A model generated the notes under the pieces. It saw only the letters and a list, made by a program, of their open reading frames with translations, had not been told where the DNA came from and did no database searches. Below, in pieces: positions 33,955 through 43,640 of a stretch of DNA of 64,000 nt (position 1 is the stretch's first letter; the number at the start of each line of letters is the position of its first letter). A program made the position numbers and the translations under genes. The DNA lies in the sequence record MW349128.1, one strand, 5' to 3'.

Positions 33955-34419
33955 ATGGACATTATTGATTTAAAGAAAAATGCTAAAATGAAAGATATGG
34001 AAGAAAGATTAGGTTCTGTTGAAAATTGTAAAAATGAAATAAATAAGAATCTAAATGTTTTATTAACTATATTTGACAATGCTTTAATTAAAGAAACATC
34101 TAAAGATAATTTCATATATGATAAAAAATCGGATACTATATCAATTAAATCTGTAAATAGTGTTACTTCAATTGATTATCCTTTAATGTATTCGCTAATT
34201 AAAGAAATAATATCTCTTTTCAAAAGTGTAAAAAAATCATTAGGTATTGACACTAATCAATATACTCATACATTTAAAGATGGACAAAATCGTGAGTACG
34301 AAATAATTAGCGATTTATATAATGATAATATCATTTTAACTGGAAAATATAAATTTAATATATCACATATTCAGTTTAATATTAATGGTTTTAAAGAAGT
34401 GACTCTAGTAATTAAATAG
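33955..34419 (+). CDS. Hypothetical protein (154 aa)
   Basis: AGGAG...GGATATG leader; ORF track. Confidence 0.6.
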   Translation: MDIIDLKKNAKMKDMEERLGSVENCKNEINKNLNVLLTIFDNALIKETSKDNFIYDKKSDTISIKSVNSVTSIDYPLMYSLIKEIISLFKSVKKSLGIDTNQYTHTFKDGQNREYEIISDLYNDNIILTGKYKFNISHIQFNINGFKEVTLVIK

Positions 34420-34485
34420 TTATAAAACAACTCTTTATCCTTATATTCATGTGTAATTTATATGAATTAAGAAAGGAGTAAATAT

Positions 34486-34635
34486 ATGATTACTTGGTTA
34501 ATAGCTATACTAGTAGTTTTATTAATACTAGGTATTATATTCCGTGGACCGTTAGCGGTAATTCCACCTATGGGATGGTCTGGAATTGTAGTTGCAATTT
34601 TAGTCGTAATATTAGTATTTTATTTCTTAAGGTGA
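34486..34635 (+). CDS. Small two-helix membrane protein (49 aa), not in ORF track
   Basis: GAAAGGAG RBS; MITWLIAILVVLLILGIIFRGPLAVIPPMGWSGIVVAILVVILVFYFLR. Confidence 0.7.
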   Translation: MITWLIAILVVLLILGIIFRGPLAVIPPMGWSGIVVAILVVILVFYFLR

Positions 34636-34640
34636 ATAAA

Positions 34641-34709
34641 GAGGTAATGACATTAACTTGTCATTACCTCTATTATATTACAATTAAATTTATTTCAAAT
34701 ATATATTAT
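34641..34709 (+). promoter_or_regulatory. Family-1 inverted repeat (34641-34670) followed by promoter motif (34697-34709)
   Basis: GAGGTAATGACA / TGTCATTACCTC; AAATATATATTAT. Confidence 0.65.
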
Positions 34710-34770
34710 TATAGTGAGATAATGATTAGTATAATCATTATTCTTTAATAAAAAACAGGAGGTATAAGAT

Positions 34771-35061
34771 ATGAAAGAATTAACAAGTTCAGTAGAAAAA
34801 GCAGCAGGTACAAGTTGGAGTGCATTAGTAACACATCAAGTCTTCGTAGGATTAGGTTTAGTTTTATTAAGTTTAATCGTATTTGCTATTTTGTATTATG
34901 CGTTTAAAAAATTAAATGTTATGGGTAACTTATCACCTATTATTGTGTTGATAGTTATTTTAGTTATTGGAATTGATTTAGCTTTATTTGGATATGGTCT
35001 AATGCATGTATTTAATCCAGGTTATTATGCATTACAAGAAATTAAAGAAGTTATTAAGTAA
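34771..35061 (+). CDS. Membrane protein (96 aa)
   Basis: Two hydrophobic helices; CAGGAGG RBS. Confidence 0.65.
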   Translation: MKELTSSVEKAAGTSWSALVTHQVFVGLGLVLLSLIVFAILYYAFKKLNVMGNLSPIIVLIVILVIGIDLALFGYGLMHVFNPGYYALQEIKEVIK

Positions 35062-35098
35062 CTTCTTTAATGTACTTATATAATAAAAGGAGAGCGAA

Positions 35099-35449
35099 TT
35101 GAATATGAAAGATTATGAAAAAGTAAAATTAAATTCTATAAATGAAATATTAGGTGGAGTAGATATTGAATCATCTCTATACAGATTCTGGAATGTATAC
35201 AGCAAGAAATATGATGAGCATGTTTATTTGGTTTTCGAAGACATAGAATATGAAAACAATTATAACAATACGGTCAATATAAAAGGAATATTTAGAATTG
35301 ATACTGCTGATAAATCTTTATTATTTGAAGATGAATTTACATTCGATAATATATTGGTAACAGATTCAGCTGAGGATTTTGGAATTAGAGTGGATAATTA
35401 TGTCTATGAGGATTTAATACCTCATTTAAAACAAAATAATCAAATATAA
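35099..35449 (+). CDS. Hypothetical protein (116 aa)
   Basis: ORF track. Confidence 0.55.
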   Translation: MNMKDYEKVKLNSINEILGGVDIESSLYRFWNVYSKKYDEHVYLVFEDIEYENNYNNTVNIKGIFRIDTADKSLLFEDEFTFDNILVTDSAEDFGIRVDNYVYEDLIPHLKQNNQI

Positions 35450-35468
35450 AATAGGAGATGTTTAGGAT

Positions 35469-35846
35469 ATGAATAAAAAAGAATTTAAAGAAGTAATTTT
35501 AGAAGTAATTGAAAAAGATGGAAATGTTTTAACTGAAATCGATAAAGAAAGTATTGATAGTTTCGTAGATACAGTAATTTCTTCATATGAAGAAGATGAT
35601 TCTTTCTTTAATTCAAATAAAAATGATATCATTAATAATTTTTATGAATCAGATTTATATACTATATTACAAAGTAAATTTGGTGGATATGAAGAGAGTA
35701 TAGACAATTGGGCTTCAATAATGCAAGAAGTATTCGATAAAGGTGTTAAATCATTAGCGTATGGACACACTTTAGCCTTATCTTTACATGGAATTGTATT
35801 AGAAAGTGGCAAGACTTATTTTTATGGTTTTTATGAGTTTTGTTAA
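35469..35846 (+). CDS. Hypothetical protein (125 aa)
   Basis: AGGAGATG...GGATATG leader. Confidence 0.6.
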   Translation: MNKKEFKEVILEVIEKDGNVLTEIDKESIDSFVDTVISSYEEDDSFFNSNKNDIINNFYESDLYTILQSKFGGYEESIDNWASIMQEVFDKGVKSLAYGHTLALSLHGIVLESGKTYFYGFYEFC

Positions 35847-35857
35847 TATTTAAATTT

Positions 35858-35887
35858 GGATAATGGCTATTTATTTAGTCATTATCC
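35858..35887. repeat. Family-1 inverted repeat (variant)
   Basis: GGATAATGGCTA / TAGTCATTATCC. Confidence 0.6.
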
Positions 35888-35948
35888 TTATTATTTTAAT
35901 TTTTTGTATAAATAAATTAATTATAAATTTTAAGGAGCGAATTAAAAA

Positions 35949-36224
35949 ATGGAAGGATTAAAGAAAATAGAGAAATACTTAGACGTAAACAAGTTAAATG
36001 CAATAAGTAATTATTTATATTTAAAAGATTATGATGAAACATTTCAAGATGGAAGACCTTTTATAAGCACAACAGAAAGAGAAAAAATTTTAAAATTATA
36101 CATGGAAATGGATAGAAATGATGTTAATTATTACTTAGCTAAAAAGATAGAAGAACTAGGTGAATCAAATTCAGAAGCAACGAAAAAAATAGCTGAAGAA
36201 ATTAGATCTCAACATTTCAACTAA
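35949..36224 (+). CDS. Hypothetical protein, paralog family A (91 aa)
   Basis: IEKYLDVNKLNAISNYL...MEMDRNDVNYYLAKK is shared with 39260-39517. Confidence 0.6.
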   Translation: MEGLKKIEKYLDVNKLNAISNYLYLKDYDETFQDGRPFISTTEREKILKLYMEMDRNDVNYYLAKKIEELGESNSEATKKIAEEIRSQHFN

Positions 36225-36242
36225 GAAAGGAGGAATAAATGT

Positions 36243-37400
36243 ATGTCTGATATTTTATTATATGTATTTTCAGGAACTGGTATTGTAGGGGGAATCTCTA
36301 CAATAGTGATTTCAAATATTATTTTTAGAAAAAATAAAAGAAAAATAAATAATAATGAAGATAAAAAATTTAAAGAAGCTGAAGAATTAATAACTTTAGA
36401 TGAAGAAAAATTAATGGATAAACTTAATCATTCATATAAATTAGAAACTGCTTTTGATGGAAAAGAAAGATATTACTCTTTACATTATCTATTAAGTCAT
36501 CCAGAATTAGAGTTTAATAGAGATATTAATATACCAATATTTGATGCTAGATTGGATAGAGATCCATCACAAACATCACATTTTAGAATAGATCCATTTG
36601 AAAAAGGTAAATTATTCGATTATGAAATGTCATTTGAAATGTTGCCAATATTATTATTAAATATATTCTATAAAAATATAGATGAAATGAAAAAGGATGA
36701 TAATAATTTTATTAGACAATTTAAAGATTTAATAGATAGTGATATAAATGAATTACCTAAATTAGAAAAATCTTCTTTTGAACTTTATTCCGATTATATT
36801 AATAAAATGTATAAGTATTCTTTTCTCGGAACTAAAATTTTAATTGGACTAGTTGAAGTAAATGAGAAGATTCAATTAGTTATAGTGGATGAAAATCAAA
36901 AGGTCTATATTAAAAAACATGAATTACAATTTCATGAAAATAGCGGCAATGAAATGAGATTAATATATCGACCAGAATTTTTCATAAACCAATCCAATAA
37001 TGAATTGGCTTTCTTTAATAAAAGACAGTATAAATATTATCATATAGATGAAAATTCTGAAATATTCTTTAAACATGAATCTTTAAATAATGAATCTCTT
37101 ATTGATAAAAAGTTATATTTATATTTACATGATATAAAAGTTGAAAAAGTTTCTTTTAATACTGAAGGATTAATGAATTATGTGCTTTCCGATGTTAAAA
37201 GAAGAAATGATAATTTAAGTTATCTTGAAGATAAAAGAATTGATAGAGATCTAGATAAAAATCATTGGTCTAACATGATAGAAACTAATTATAGATTAAA
37301 TGATAAAGAGAAGAAAAAATTTATTAAAAATCTTCATAGAAAATTAGTAGAACAGAAAAGACTAAAAGATATTGAAGAATTTAAAGAATATTCCAAATAG
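36243..37400 (+). CDS. Membrane-anchored protein, paralog family B (385 aa)
   Basis: N-terminal TM; KERYYSLHYLLSHPELEF and HWSNMIETNY.LN.KEKKKFIKNL are shared with 40835-42163. Confidence 0.65.
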   Translation: MSDILLYVFSGTGIVGGISTIVISNIIFRKNKRKINNNEDKKFKEAEELITLDEEKLMDKLNHSYKLETAFDGKERYYSLHYLLSHPELEFNRDINIPIFDARLDRDPSQTSHFRIDPFEKGKLFDYEMSFEMLPILLLNIFYKNIDEMKKDDNNFIRQFKDLIDSDINELPKLEKSSFELYSDYINKMYKYSFLGTKILIGLVEVNEKIQLVIVDENQKVYIKKHELQFHENSGNEMRLIYRPEFFINQSNNELAFFNKRQYKYYHIDENSEIFFKHESLNNESLIDKKLYLYLHDIKVEKVSFNTEGLMNYVLSDVKRRNDNLSYLEDKRIDRDLDKNHWSNMIETNYRLNDKEKKKFIKNLHRKLVEQKRLKDIEEFKEYSK

Positions 37401-37408
37401 AGTAAGAG

Positions 37409-38071
37409 GTGAAAAATATGGGAATGCAAGAAGATTTTGATTATTTAGTAAATAGTTTAGATAATATACATGATAGAAATAATGAAAATATAGACAGACA
37501 AATGAATAGTATTATTAATGAAATGAATTCAGGAATATATGATAGAGATAATCATTATGGTCATACATCACTTAATCTTAATGAAGATTATAGAAGACAA
37601 ATTAATAGAAATGATAAATATCTAAAAAGAAGACTAGCACATATAGAAAATAGAGTTAATGATGAAATGAATCGTTTTGGTTTTGATAATCATAAACCTC
37701 ATTTAACGTACGAACAAAGATTAATGGAGATGTTAGATGAGATAAGAAATAAAAATATTAAAGAATCTGATATAGAAAAATATATAATTAAAGTTTCTGC
37801 AATACTATATGTGTCTGGAAGTAAATATATACCTGAATTTAGTATAGATGATATTATGAATAAATATTTCGAATTTAAAGAATTATTACAGTATAAAAAA
37901 GAAATATTAAATGAGGATGGTAGAGGTTATACTTTTAAATCAATTTTTATATACACTATATGGTCTTTAGTTGGAAATGAAAATATTACACATAATATAA
38001 GGAATTCTATAAGTAATAACTTTTTATTAAAATCTAAAAATAGTTATTATTGGGATTCAAACGTTTATTAG
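37409..38071 (+). CDS. Hypothetical protein (220 aa)
   Basis: ORF track. Confidence 0.55.
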   Translation: MKNMGMQEDFDYLVNSLDNIHDRNNENIDRQMNSIINEMNSGIYDRDNHYGHTSLNLNEDYRRQINRNDKYLKRRLAHIENRVNDEMNRFGFDNHKPHLTYEQRLMEMLDEIRNKNIKESDIEKYIIKVSAILYVSGSKYIPEFSIDDIMNKYFEFKELLQYKKEILNEDGRGYTFKSIFIYTIWSLVGNENITHNIRNSISNNFLLKSKNSYYWDSNVY

Positions 38072-38081
38072 GGAGAGTGAA

Positions 38082-38438
38082 ATGGATATGTTTATAAATT
38101 TAATTACAATGGTTTTATTAATTACTTATACTTTGTTGGTGTTAATGTTTATTTTTAGTAATATAGGAAATATGAAACAAAATATAGTAATCAAACAAAT
38201 GAAGTTATTATTTTCAATAAGCTTCATACTTTTAATATCAAACTTTATTATGTTATTTAATGACTATATTGATCCAAGAGTTTCATTATTATCAATAATA
38301 GTGTTTGGTGGTTCATTTATATTCTTTTTATTTAAATCAATTGATAAGAATAATGTAACAATATTATACAAGAATATTTACATGATAAGTTTATTTGTAT
38401 TAACTATTAACACATTAATGGCTTTATATAAATTATAA
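38082..38438 (+). CDS. Polytopic membrane protein (118 aa)
   Basis: Four hydrophobic segments. Confidence 0.6.
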   Translation: MDMFINLITMVLLITYTLLVLMFIFSNIGNMKQNIVIKQMKLLFSISFILLISNFIMLFNDYIDPRVSLLSIIVFGGSFIFFLFKSIDKNNVTILYKNIYMISLFVLTINTLMALYKL

Positions 38439-38456
38439 ATTAGTAAAGAATTAAAT

Positions 38457-38470
38457 AAATATATATTATA
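38457..38470 (+). promoter_or_regulatory. Phage promoter motif
   Basis: AAATATATATTATA upstream of 38514. Confidence 0.6.
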
Positions 38471-38513
38471 AAATTGAAAGATAAAATAAGATAATGAAAA
38501 GGATGATTTAGAT

Positions 38514-38891
38514 ATGAAAAAATTTGGAGAAGTTTTTACAATTAAAGAGGCTGCACAATTATTGAATGAGTTGAATAAAAGAGCATGGTATCCATCGGAA
38601 CCAGGTAGAGCTTTTTATAATCTTTTTATTGATGGTGAAAAGTTAAATTTAAATAGTAGTGATTTGGATATTGAAGTGGAAGGTCATGATATGTTTTATT
38701 ATGATACTGAATATAATGCGAAGGAAGAAGATGAAGATTATGTCACTATTCCTGAAGTTGATTATGAAACAATTGATTTTAATGCAGTATATGATATCAT
38801 TAAGGATCAAGATTTAATAAGTGGTTTAATTAACTTAAATGAAGTTATTGGGAAAAGAATTAATGAGTCATTTTGGAGAATACATGGTTAG
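38514..38891 (+). CDS. Acidic hypothetical protein (125 aa)
   Basis: ORF track with RBS. Confidence 0.55.
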   Translation: MKKFGEVFTIKEAAQLLNELNKRAWYPSEPGRAFYNLFIDGEKLNLNSSDLDIEVEGHDMFYYDTEYNAKEEDEDYVTIPEVDYETIDFNAVYDIIKDQDLISGLINLNEVIGKRINESFWRIHG

Positions 38892-39240
38892 AAGAAAGAA
38901 ATATAAAATAATATTAGGAGATGAATTATATATGAGAAAAGAATTAAGTGATTATATTAATAAAGAAAAATTAGATGCATTAAGCATAGCTTTACAAGGG
39001 GATGATTTTGATTCTTTAGAGCCAAAAACTAACGGAGAAGTATTTGAAAAATACTTAAAATTAGAAAAATTACATGTAGAATATAGATATGAAGAATCTT
39101 TAAGTAAGATTGCAGAAGGTTTAAAAGATATTTCACGTAAAGAATCAGATTCAAGTAGTGTAGACAAGGAATCAAATTCAAGTAGTGTAGACAAGGAAGC
39201 AATTTTATCAGTTCTAAAGAATTTTGCAAGTAAAATTTAA
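38839..39240 (+). CDS. Hypothetical protein, distant paralog family A; start probably ~38931
   Basis: YINKEKLDALS resembles YLDVNKLNAIS; contains a 27-bp duplication (DSSSVDKES / NSSSVDKEA). Confidence 0.5.
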   Translation: MKLLGKELMSHFGEYMVRRKKYKIILGDELYMRKELSDYINKEKLDALSIALQGDDFDSLEPKTNGEVFEKYLKLEKLHVEYRYEESLSKIAEGLKDISRKESDSSSVDKESNSSSVDKEAILSVLKNFASKI

Positions 39241-39259
39241 ATAGAGAGTAGGTAAAACA

Positions 39260-39517
39260 TTGGATGAAATAAAACAGATAGAAAAATATGTCGATGTATA
39301 TAAGTTAAATGCCATAAGTAATTATCTATTTAGATGTGATTTTGATAGTTCTAATTTAGCAAAAAATCAAAGAAAAGAAATTTTAGAAGTTTATATGGTA
39401 ATGGATAAAAATGACATTCAGTATTATTTATCTAAGAAGACAGAAGAGAATGGAGATAAAATTTATAATTCTATAAGTGAATTCGGAGATTTAATAAAAA
39501 GGATAAAGGGGATTTAA
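39260..39517 (+). CDS. Hypothetical protein, paralog family A (85 aa)
   Basis: IEKYVDVYKLNAISNYL...MVMDKNDIQYYLSKK. Confidence 0.6.
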   Translation: MDEIKQIEKYVDVYKLNAISNYLFRCDFDSSNLAKNQRKEILEVYMVMDKNDIQYYLSKKTEENGDKIYNSISEFGDLIKRIKGI

Positions 39518-39523
39518 ATTAAA

Positions 39524-39646
39524 ATGAAGAAATTAATGATTTTAGGTCTAACAATATGTTTAACAGTTATTTTAGCAGCATGTAGCGGTGAAGAACAAAA
39601 ACCTAGTAAAGAAAACTCAGAGAAAAGTAGTTATAAATTAGTATAA
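39524..39646 (+). CDS. Small lipoprotein (40 aa), not in ORF track
   Basis: MKKLMILGLTICLTVILAACSGEEQKPSKENSEKSSYKLV; lipobox LAAC. Confidence 0.6.
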   Translation: MKKLMILGLTICLTVILAACSGEEQKPSKENSEKSSYKLV

Positions 39647-39735
39647 TATGAGGTTTTAAATAATGGAGATTGAGTCTGAAAATAATATTAGACTCACTTA
39701 CTTAATAAATAATTAAATTAGGAGATGTATAGGAT

Positions 39736-40833
39736 ATGGAAAATAATAATCAATTAGTAGAAAGAAAAGATATTTCACCAGAGGTAATTAAGAAAGCAGA
39801 TAAGATTAATGTACTTGATAAAAGTACTATTATTAATTATGGTCATGAAGTTCAAAATAAACTTTCTAAAGAATCAGATGAAGTGTTAAAACGTATTAAA
39901 GAAAATGATTCAAATGAGCAAATAAATAAAGTTCTAGAAGAAATGTTAGATGTGTTTAATTCCTATGATCCGCAGAAGGCGGTTGATGATGTTAATGCAG
40001 ATGTTGACAAACCTGGCATATTAGAGAAAATCAAAGGTATCTTTAATAAAGAAAAGAACAAATTAATTGGTAAAGAATTATCTAAAGTTGATTCAGCATC
40101 AAATAATATGGTATTCATAGAGAAACAATTAAAAGAAGGAAGCTCTTATATAGATCATTCAAATAGTTCATTAGATAAATTAATTCAATCTAATAAAGAT
40201 TATTATGAAACTTTAAATGATTACATTGAAGCAGCTAATCAAAAGCAAGAAGACTTAAGACTTGAAATCAAGCAAGATATGGAAGAAGTTAAAAATATTA
40301 ATGACGATGAAAGTAAACAAAATCAAATTCAATTAGTATCAGATAAAGAACAAGGTTTAGATAATTTAGATAAACGTTTATACGATTTAAGAACTTCATT
40401 AGCTCTATCAAAACAAAATGTTTACGAATTAGAAATGGTTAAGAATATTAACCATAACTTAAAAGAAAGTATTAATAATTCATTAGTAAATAGTATTCCT
40501 ATTTGGAAGTCTCAATTAACTAAAGCTGTTATCTTAATTCAACAACAACAAGCTATTAAGACTAATAAAGCTATTAGAGAAGCAACTTCTGATATTCTAT
40601 TGAGTAACTCTAATATCCTTAAAGATAATGCCATCCAAATGTTTAATGAATCTAATAAATCATTTATCGATATTGATGTATTAAAAGAAACTCAAAACAA
40701 TATGATTGAGATGACAGAAGATTTGAAACGTATGTCTGAAGAAGCTTATAATGAAAGACAAAGAGGATATGAAGAACTTAAAGAAATTAAACAAAACACT
40801 GAAAGAATAGAAATGCAAGAAATGGAGAGATAA
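39736..40833 (+). CDS. telA: TelA-like toxic anion resistance protein
   Basis: IINYGHEVQNKLSK.SDEVL, long coiled coil, IPIWKSQL and LLSNSNILK match the TelA family pattern as recalled. Confidence 0.75.
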   Translation: MENNNQLVERKDISPEVIKKADKINVLDKSTIINYGHEVQNKLSKESDEVLKRIKENDSNEQINKVLEEMLDVFNSYDPQKAVDDVNADVDKPGILEKIKGIFNKEKNKLIGKELSKVDSASNNMVFIEKQLKEGSSYIDHSNSSLDKLIQSNKDYYETLNDYIEAANQKQEDLRLEIKQDMEEVKNINDDESKQNQIQLVSDKEQGLDNLDKRLYDLRTSLALSKQNVYELEMVKNINHNLKESINNSLVNSIPIWKSQLTKAVILIQQQQAIKTNKAIREATSDILLSNSNILKDNAIQMFNESNKSFIDIDVLKETQNNMIEMTEDLKRMSEEAYNERQRGYEELKEIKQNTERIEMQEMER

Positions 40834-40834
40834 T

Positions 40835-42163
40835 ATGCGTGGTTTATTCTATTTATCAATTTACTTTTTATTAGCAGCAGTAGTATTAATATTTATAAGT
40901 ATAGTAATTTATATGACAATATTTTATATAAAAAATAACATTGAATCGTATAAAGAAGGAAGAAAAAATAATATAAGAAAGATTAATAAATCTAAAATAA
41001 AGATAGATAAAACAGATTACAATAAAGCTCCATTAATAAAGAAATCTGATAGATTAATAGACTTTAACAATAATGAATTATCTAAAATATTAAATCAATC
41101 TTTTAAATTAAAAAATACTTTTGATAATAAGGAGAGATATTACTCTCTCCATTATCTTTTAAGTCATCCAGAATTAGAATTTTATTTAAAAGAAAAAATC
41201 AATTTATACAAAGCTAATGTACAAGATAATAAAGATTTCTTTAAATCTCCTTTACAAATATATAGTATAGAAAGTCTTAATCTTAATAATGGTAATGTAG
41301 AAAAAGGTTTACTAAATTATGATAGAAAAATGGAATTAGATAAATTTGTAAAATACTTTATAAATAATAATTATAAAGATACATTAAAATCAAAAGATAT
41401 ATATAGTAGCTTTAATATTATGATAAATGAAGATATTAATGATTTAGTTAGGTTAGAAAAAGAAAAATTATTTATGTCAATAAAGGATTTTAAAAATATT
41501 AATATAATGTCTTTTTTAGGAAGCAAAATAATGATACTAGTAACTAAAAAATTAAATAAAATAATCGTAGCAGCTATAGATGAAAATAAAAATGTTTATA
41601 TGAGAGAATTAGATAGAACAGATGATCTCTATGGTTCTGAAGCGGATATTTGTATAAATAGTATATTAACTCCTAAAATAGAAATTGTTAATATTGATGA
41701 AAAAGGTAGAGAGTATTTAAATAAAAATATGATTACGAGATTTATATATGATGAATTTCTAGAAGAAGATTACTATGGAATTGAATATGCAATTAATAAA
41801 AGAAGTGAATTTATATTAAACAAAGAATCTTTAAAATATACTAAAAATATAGATAAAGTAATGACTATTAGTTTACTAAGTGATGATGAATATGACGAAG
41901 TAAAAGTCAATATGAGAGATTTATTGGAATATATTTACAAGAAATATGAAGAAAAAGAAGTTGATGATAGTAAATTTGATTTATTAAAAGAATATCAATA
42001 TGATCGTACTCATGATAAAGATCATTGGTCTAATTTAATAGAAACTAATTATAAGTTAAATAATAAAGAGAAGAAGAAATTTATTAAGAACTTAAACCAA
42101 AGTATAATTGAAAAAGAAAAGATGGAATATATTGAAGAATATAAACATTATATGAATCAATAA
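40835..42163 (+). CDS. Membrane-anchored protein, paralog family B (442 aa)
   Basis: N-terminal TM; motifs shared with 36243-37400; coupled to telA. Confidence 0.65.
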   Translation: MRGLFYLSIYFLLAAVVLIFISIVIYMTIFYIKNNIESYKEGRKNNIRKINKSKIKIDKTDYNKAPLIKKSDRLIDFNNNELSKILNQSFKLKNTFDNKERYYSLHYLLSHPELEFYLKEKINLYKANVQDNKDFFKSPLQIYSIESLNLNNGNVEKGLLNYDRKMELDKFVKYFINNNYKDTLKSKDIYSSFNIMINEDINDLVRLEKEKLFMSIKDFKNINIMSFLGSKIMILVTKKLNKIIVAAIDENKNVYMRELDRTDDLYGSEADICINSILTPKIEIVNIDEKGREYLNKNMITRFIYDEFLEEDYYGIEYAINKRSEFILNKESLKYTKNIDKVMTISLLSDDEYDEVKVNMRDLLEYIYKKYEEKEVDDSKFDLLKEYQYDRTHDKDHWSNLIETNYKLNNKEKKKFIKNLNQSIIEKEKMEYIEEYKHYMNQ

Positions 42164-42167
42164 AAAT

Positions 42168-42198
42168 GAAGTAATGACACATTATTTGTCATTACTTC
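42168..42198. repeat. Family-1 inverted repeat
   Basis: GAAGTAATGACA / TGTCATTACTTC. Confidence 0.75.
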
Positions 42199-42259
42199 TA
42201 ATATATTATAAGGAGATTTAAATTAGAAGAATAAATAAAATTAAAGGAGAGATTTTGAT

Positions 42260-42880
42260 ATGCATATTAAAAAATTTAATGACTCACAATTACATTTTAT
42301 ATCTAGAATGATTGACAAGGGTTATAATAACAAAATAATTCTTTTATTATTTAAAAAAGAATTTAACGAAGAAACAATATCAACATATATAACACAAGTT
42401 CGTAGAGGAAATCAAGGAAAAAATATAAGTCAAAATTATAAATTTGCTATTGACTGTAATTATCCCACTTATTATGAATGGGTAGATTATCTAATGGAGA
42501 ATAGTATATATCATAAAACTAAATTTGAGGAATTTGGTAATTATATTAAAGATAAAGTTGAAAAAGATGATATGTTCTTGGTCACTAAAAGTAATACATT
42601 TAAATTAATTGCATACTTGCAAGAAACTGATAGTGGATTTAGACTAGTTAAATCTGTAGACGATAAAATTATTGATGAGGATTTTACGAAAAAAATCAAA
42701 ACTATAACTCATTATATGAATGATTTGAATGTAGAATATAAAAACTCTTATATACGTATAAATACTAAGGATTTAAATAAATATGAGACAATAATGCATA
42801 TATTTATGTATGCTATTAAAGGAATGGATTCTATAATAAATTACTATCTATATAATAGATATGAAGAGATGGTGAAATAA
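42260..42880 (+). CDS. Hypothetical protein, possible N-terminal HTH (206 aa)
   Basis: ORF track; helical N-terminus ending TYITQVRRG. Confidence 0.5.
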   Translation: MHIKKFNDSQLHFISRMIDKGYNNKIILLLFKKEFNEETISTYITQVRRGNQGKNISQNYKFAIDCNYPTYYEWVDYLMENSIYHKTKFEEFGNYIKDKVEKDDMFLVTKSNTFKLIAYLQETDSGFRLVKSVDDKIIDEDFTKKIKTITHYMNDLNVEYKNSYIRINTKDLNKYETIMHIFMYAIKGMDSIINYYLYNRYEEMVK

Positions 42881-42882
42881 TC

Positions 42883-43200
42883 ATGGGTATGATAATAGTA
42901 ATGATAATGTTAAACATTTTAGCTGTAATGATATTCATAAATTATAAAACTAAAAATGATGTATCAAATGATAATTACACTGAAAATTTACCTAGATATT
43001 ACATGGCAAGTAAAGAATATAAGTTAATTTATATTAAAGCTGACTCTAAAAGCTATTTAAATTCAGCGATTAATAAATTTAGAAATAATAAAAAATTTAA
43101 AGATTATGGTTATGAAATTGATATAGTTGATTGGAATGGAAATGTTAAACATGAAAGTAGAGATAAGAATTTTAAATTAGTTAAAGATCGGAGAAAATAG
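42883..43200 (+). CDS. Hypothetical protein with N-terminal TM (105 aa)
   Basis: ORF track. Confidence 0.5.
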   Translation: MGMIIVMIMLNILAVMIFINYKTKNDVSNDNYTENLPRYYMASKEYKLIYIKADSKSYLNSAINKFRNNKKFKDYGYEIDIVDWNGNVKHESRDKNFKLVKDRRK

Positions 43201-43202
43201 CT

Positions 43203-43382
43203 ATGGCTATGTTTTTAGTAATATCGCTCATCACATTTTTTGGTTTAACTTTACTTTCCTTTTTATTAACAGCTTTATTTTGGGATGATGAATTATATTT
43301 ATCAATAACTGTAGTTTTGGCTGCAATAACCGTAATATTATTTATAGCTACAGGTATAGTTGGTGTAATTACTGGAAGTTAG
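43203..43382 (+). CDS. Small two-helix membrane protein (59 aa), not in ORF track
   Basis: GGAG RBS; MAMFLVISLITFFGLTLLSFLLTALFWDDELYLSITVVLAAITVILFIATGIVGVITGS. Confidence 0.6.
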   Translation: MAMFLVISLITFFGLTLLSFLLTALFWDDELYLSITVVLAAITVILFIATGIVGVITGS

Positions 43383-43392
43383 TTTTATTAAT

Positions 43393-43421
43393 AGAGTGAT
43401 GTACATTAAGTTCATTACTCT
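43393..43421. repeat. Family-1 inverted repeat (degenerate)
   Basis: AGAGTGATG / CATTACTCT. Confidence 0.5.
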
Positions 43422-43450
43422 TTATAAATTAAAAGAAAGGTGGACATAAA

Positions 43451-43621
43451 ATGTTAACTATATTATCTATAATAGGTCTTTGCTTGGTTATTTTAGGTTT
43501 AGAAATTAATGATAATGCACTAGTTATGACAGGTGGTATATTTTCATTAATTATATTGGTCATATCAATATTATATTTACCGAGAATAAACTTACTAGAA
43601 ATGATATACATTTTACAATAA
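43451..43621 (+). CDS. Small two-helix membrane protein (56 aa), not in ORF track
   Basis: GAAAGGTG RBS; MLTILSIIGLCLVILGLEINDNALVMTGGIFSLIILVISILYLPRINLLEMIYILQ. Confidence 0.6.
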   Translation: MLTILSIIGLCLVILGLEINDNALVMTGGIFSLIILVISILYLPRINLLEMIYILQ

Positions 43622-43640
43622 GAAAGGTGGTTTATTAACT

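Noticed and set aside
34494-34748. Track ORF of 84 aa
   Set aside because: It runs through a hairpin and promoter; the overlapping 34486-34635 frame has an RBS and a clear membrane-protein pattern.
39151-39198. 27-bp tandem duplication
   Set aside because: An in-frame two-copy coding duplication with no sign of a wider repeat system.
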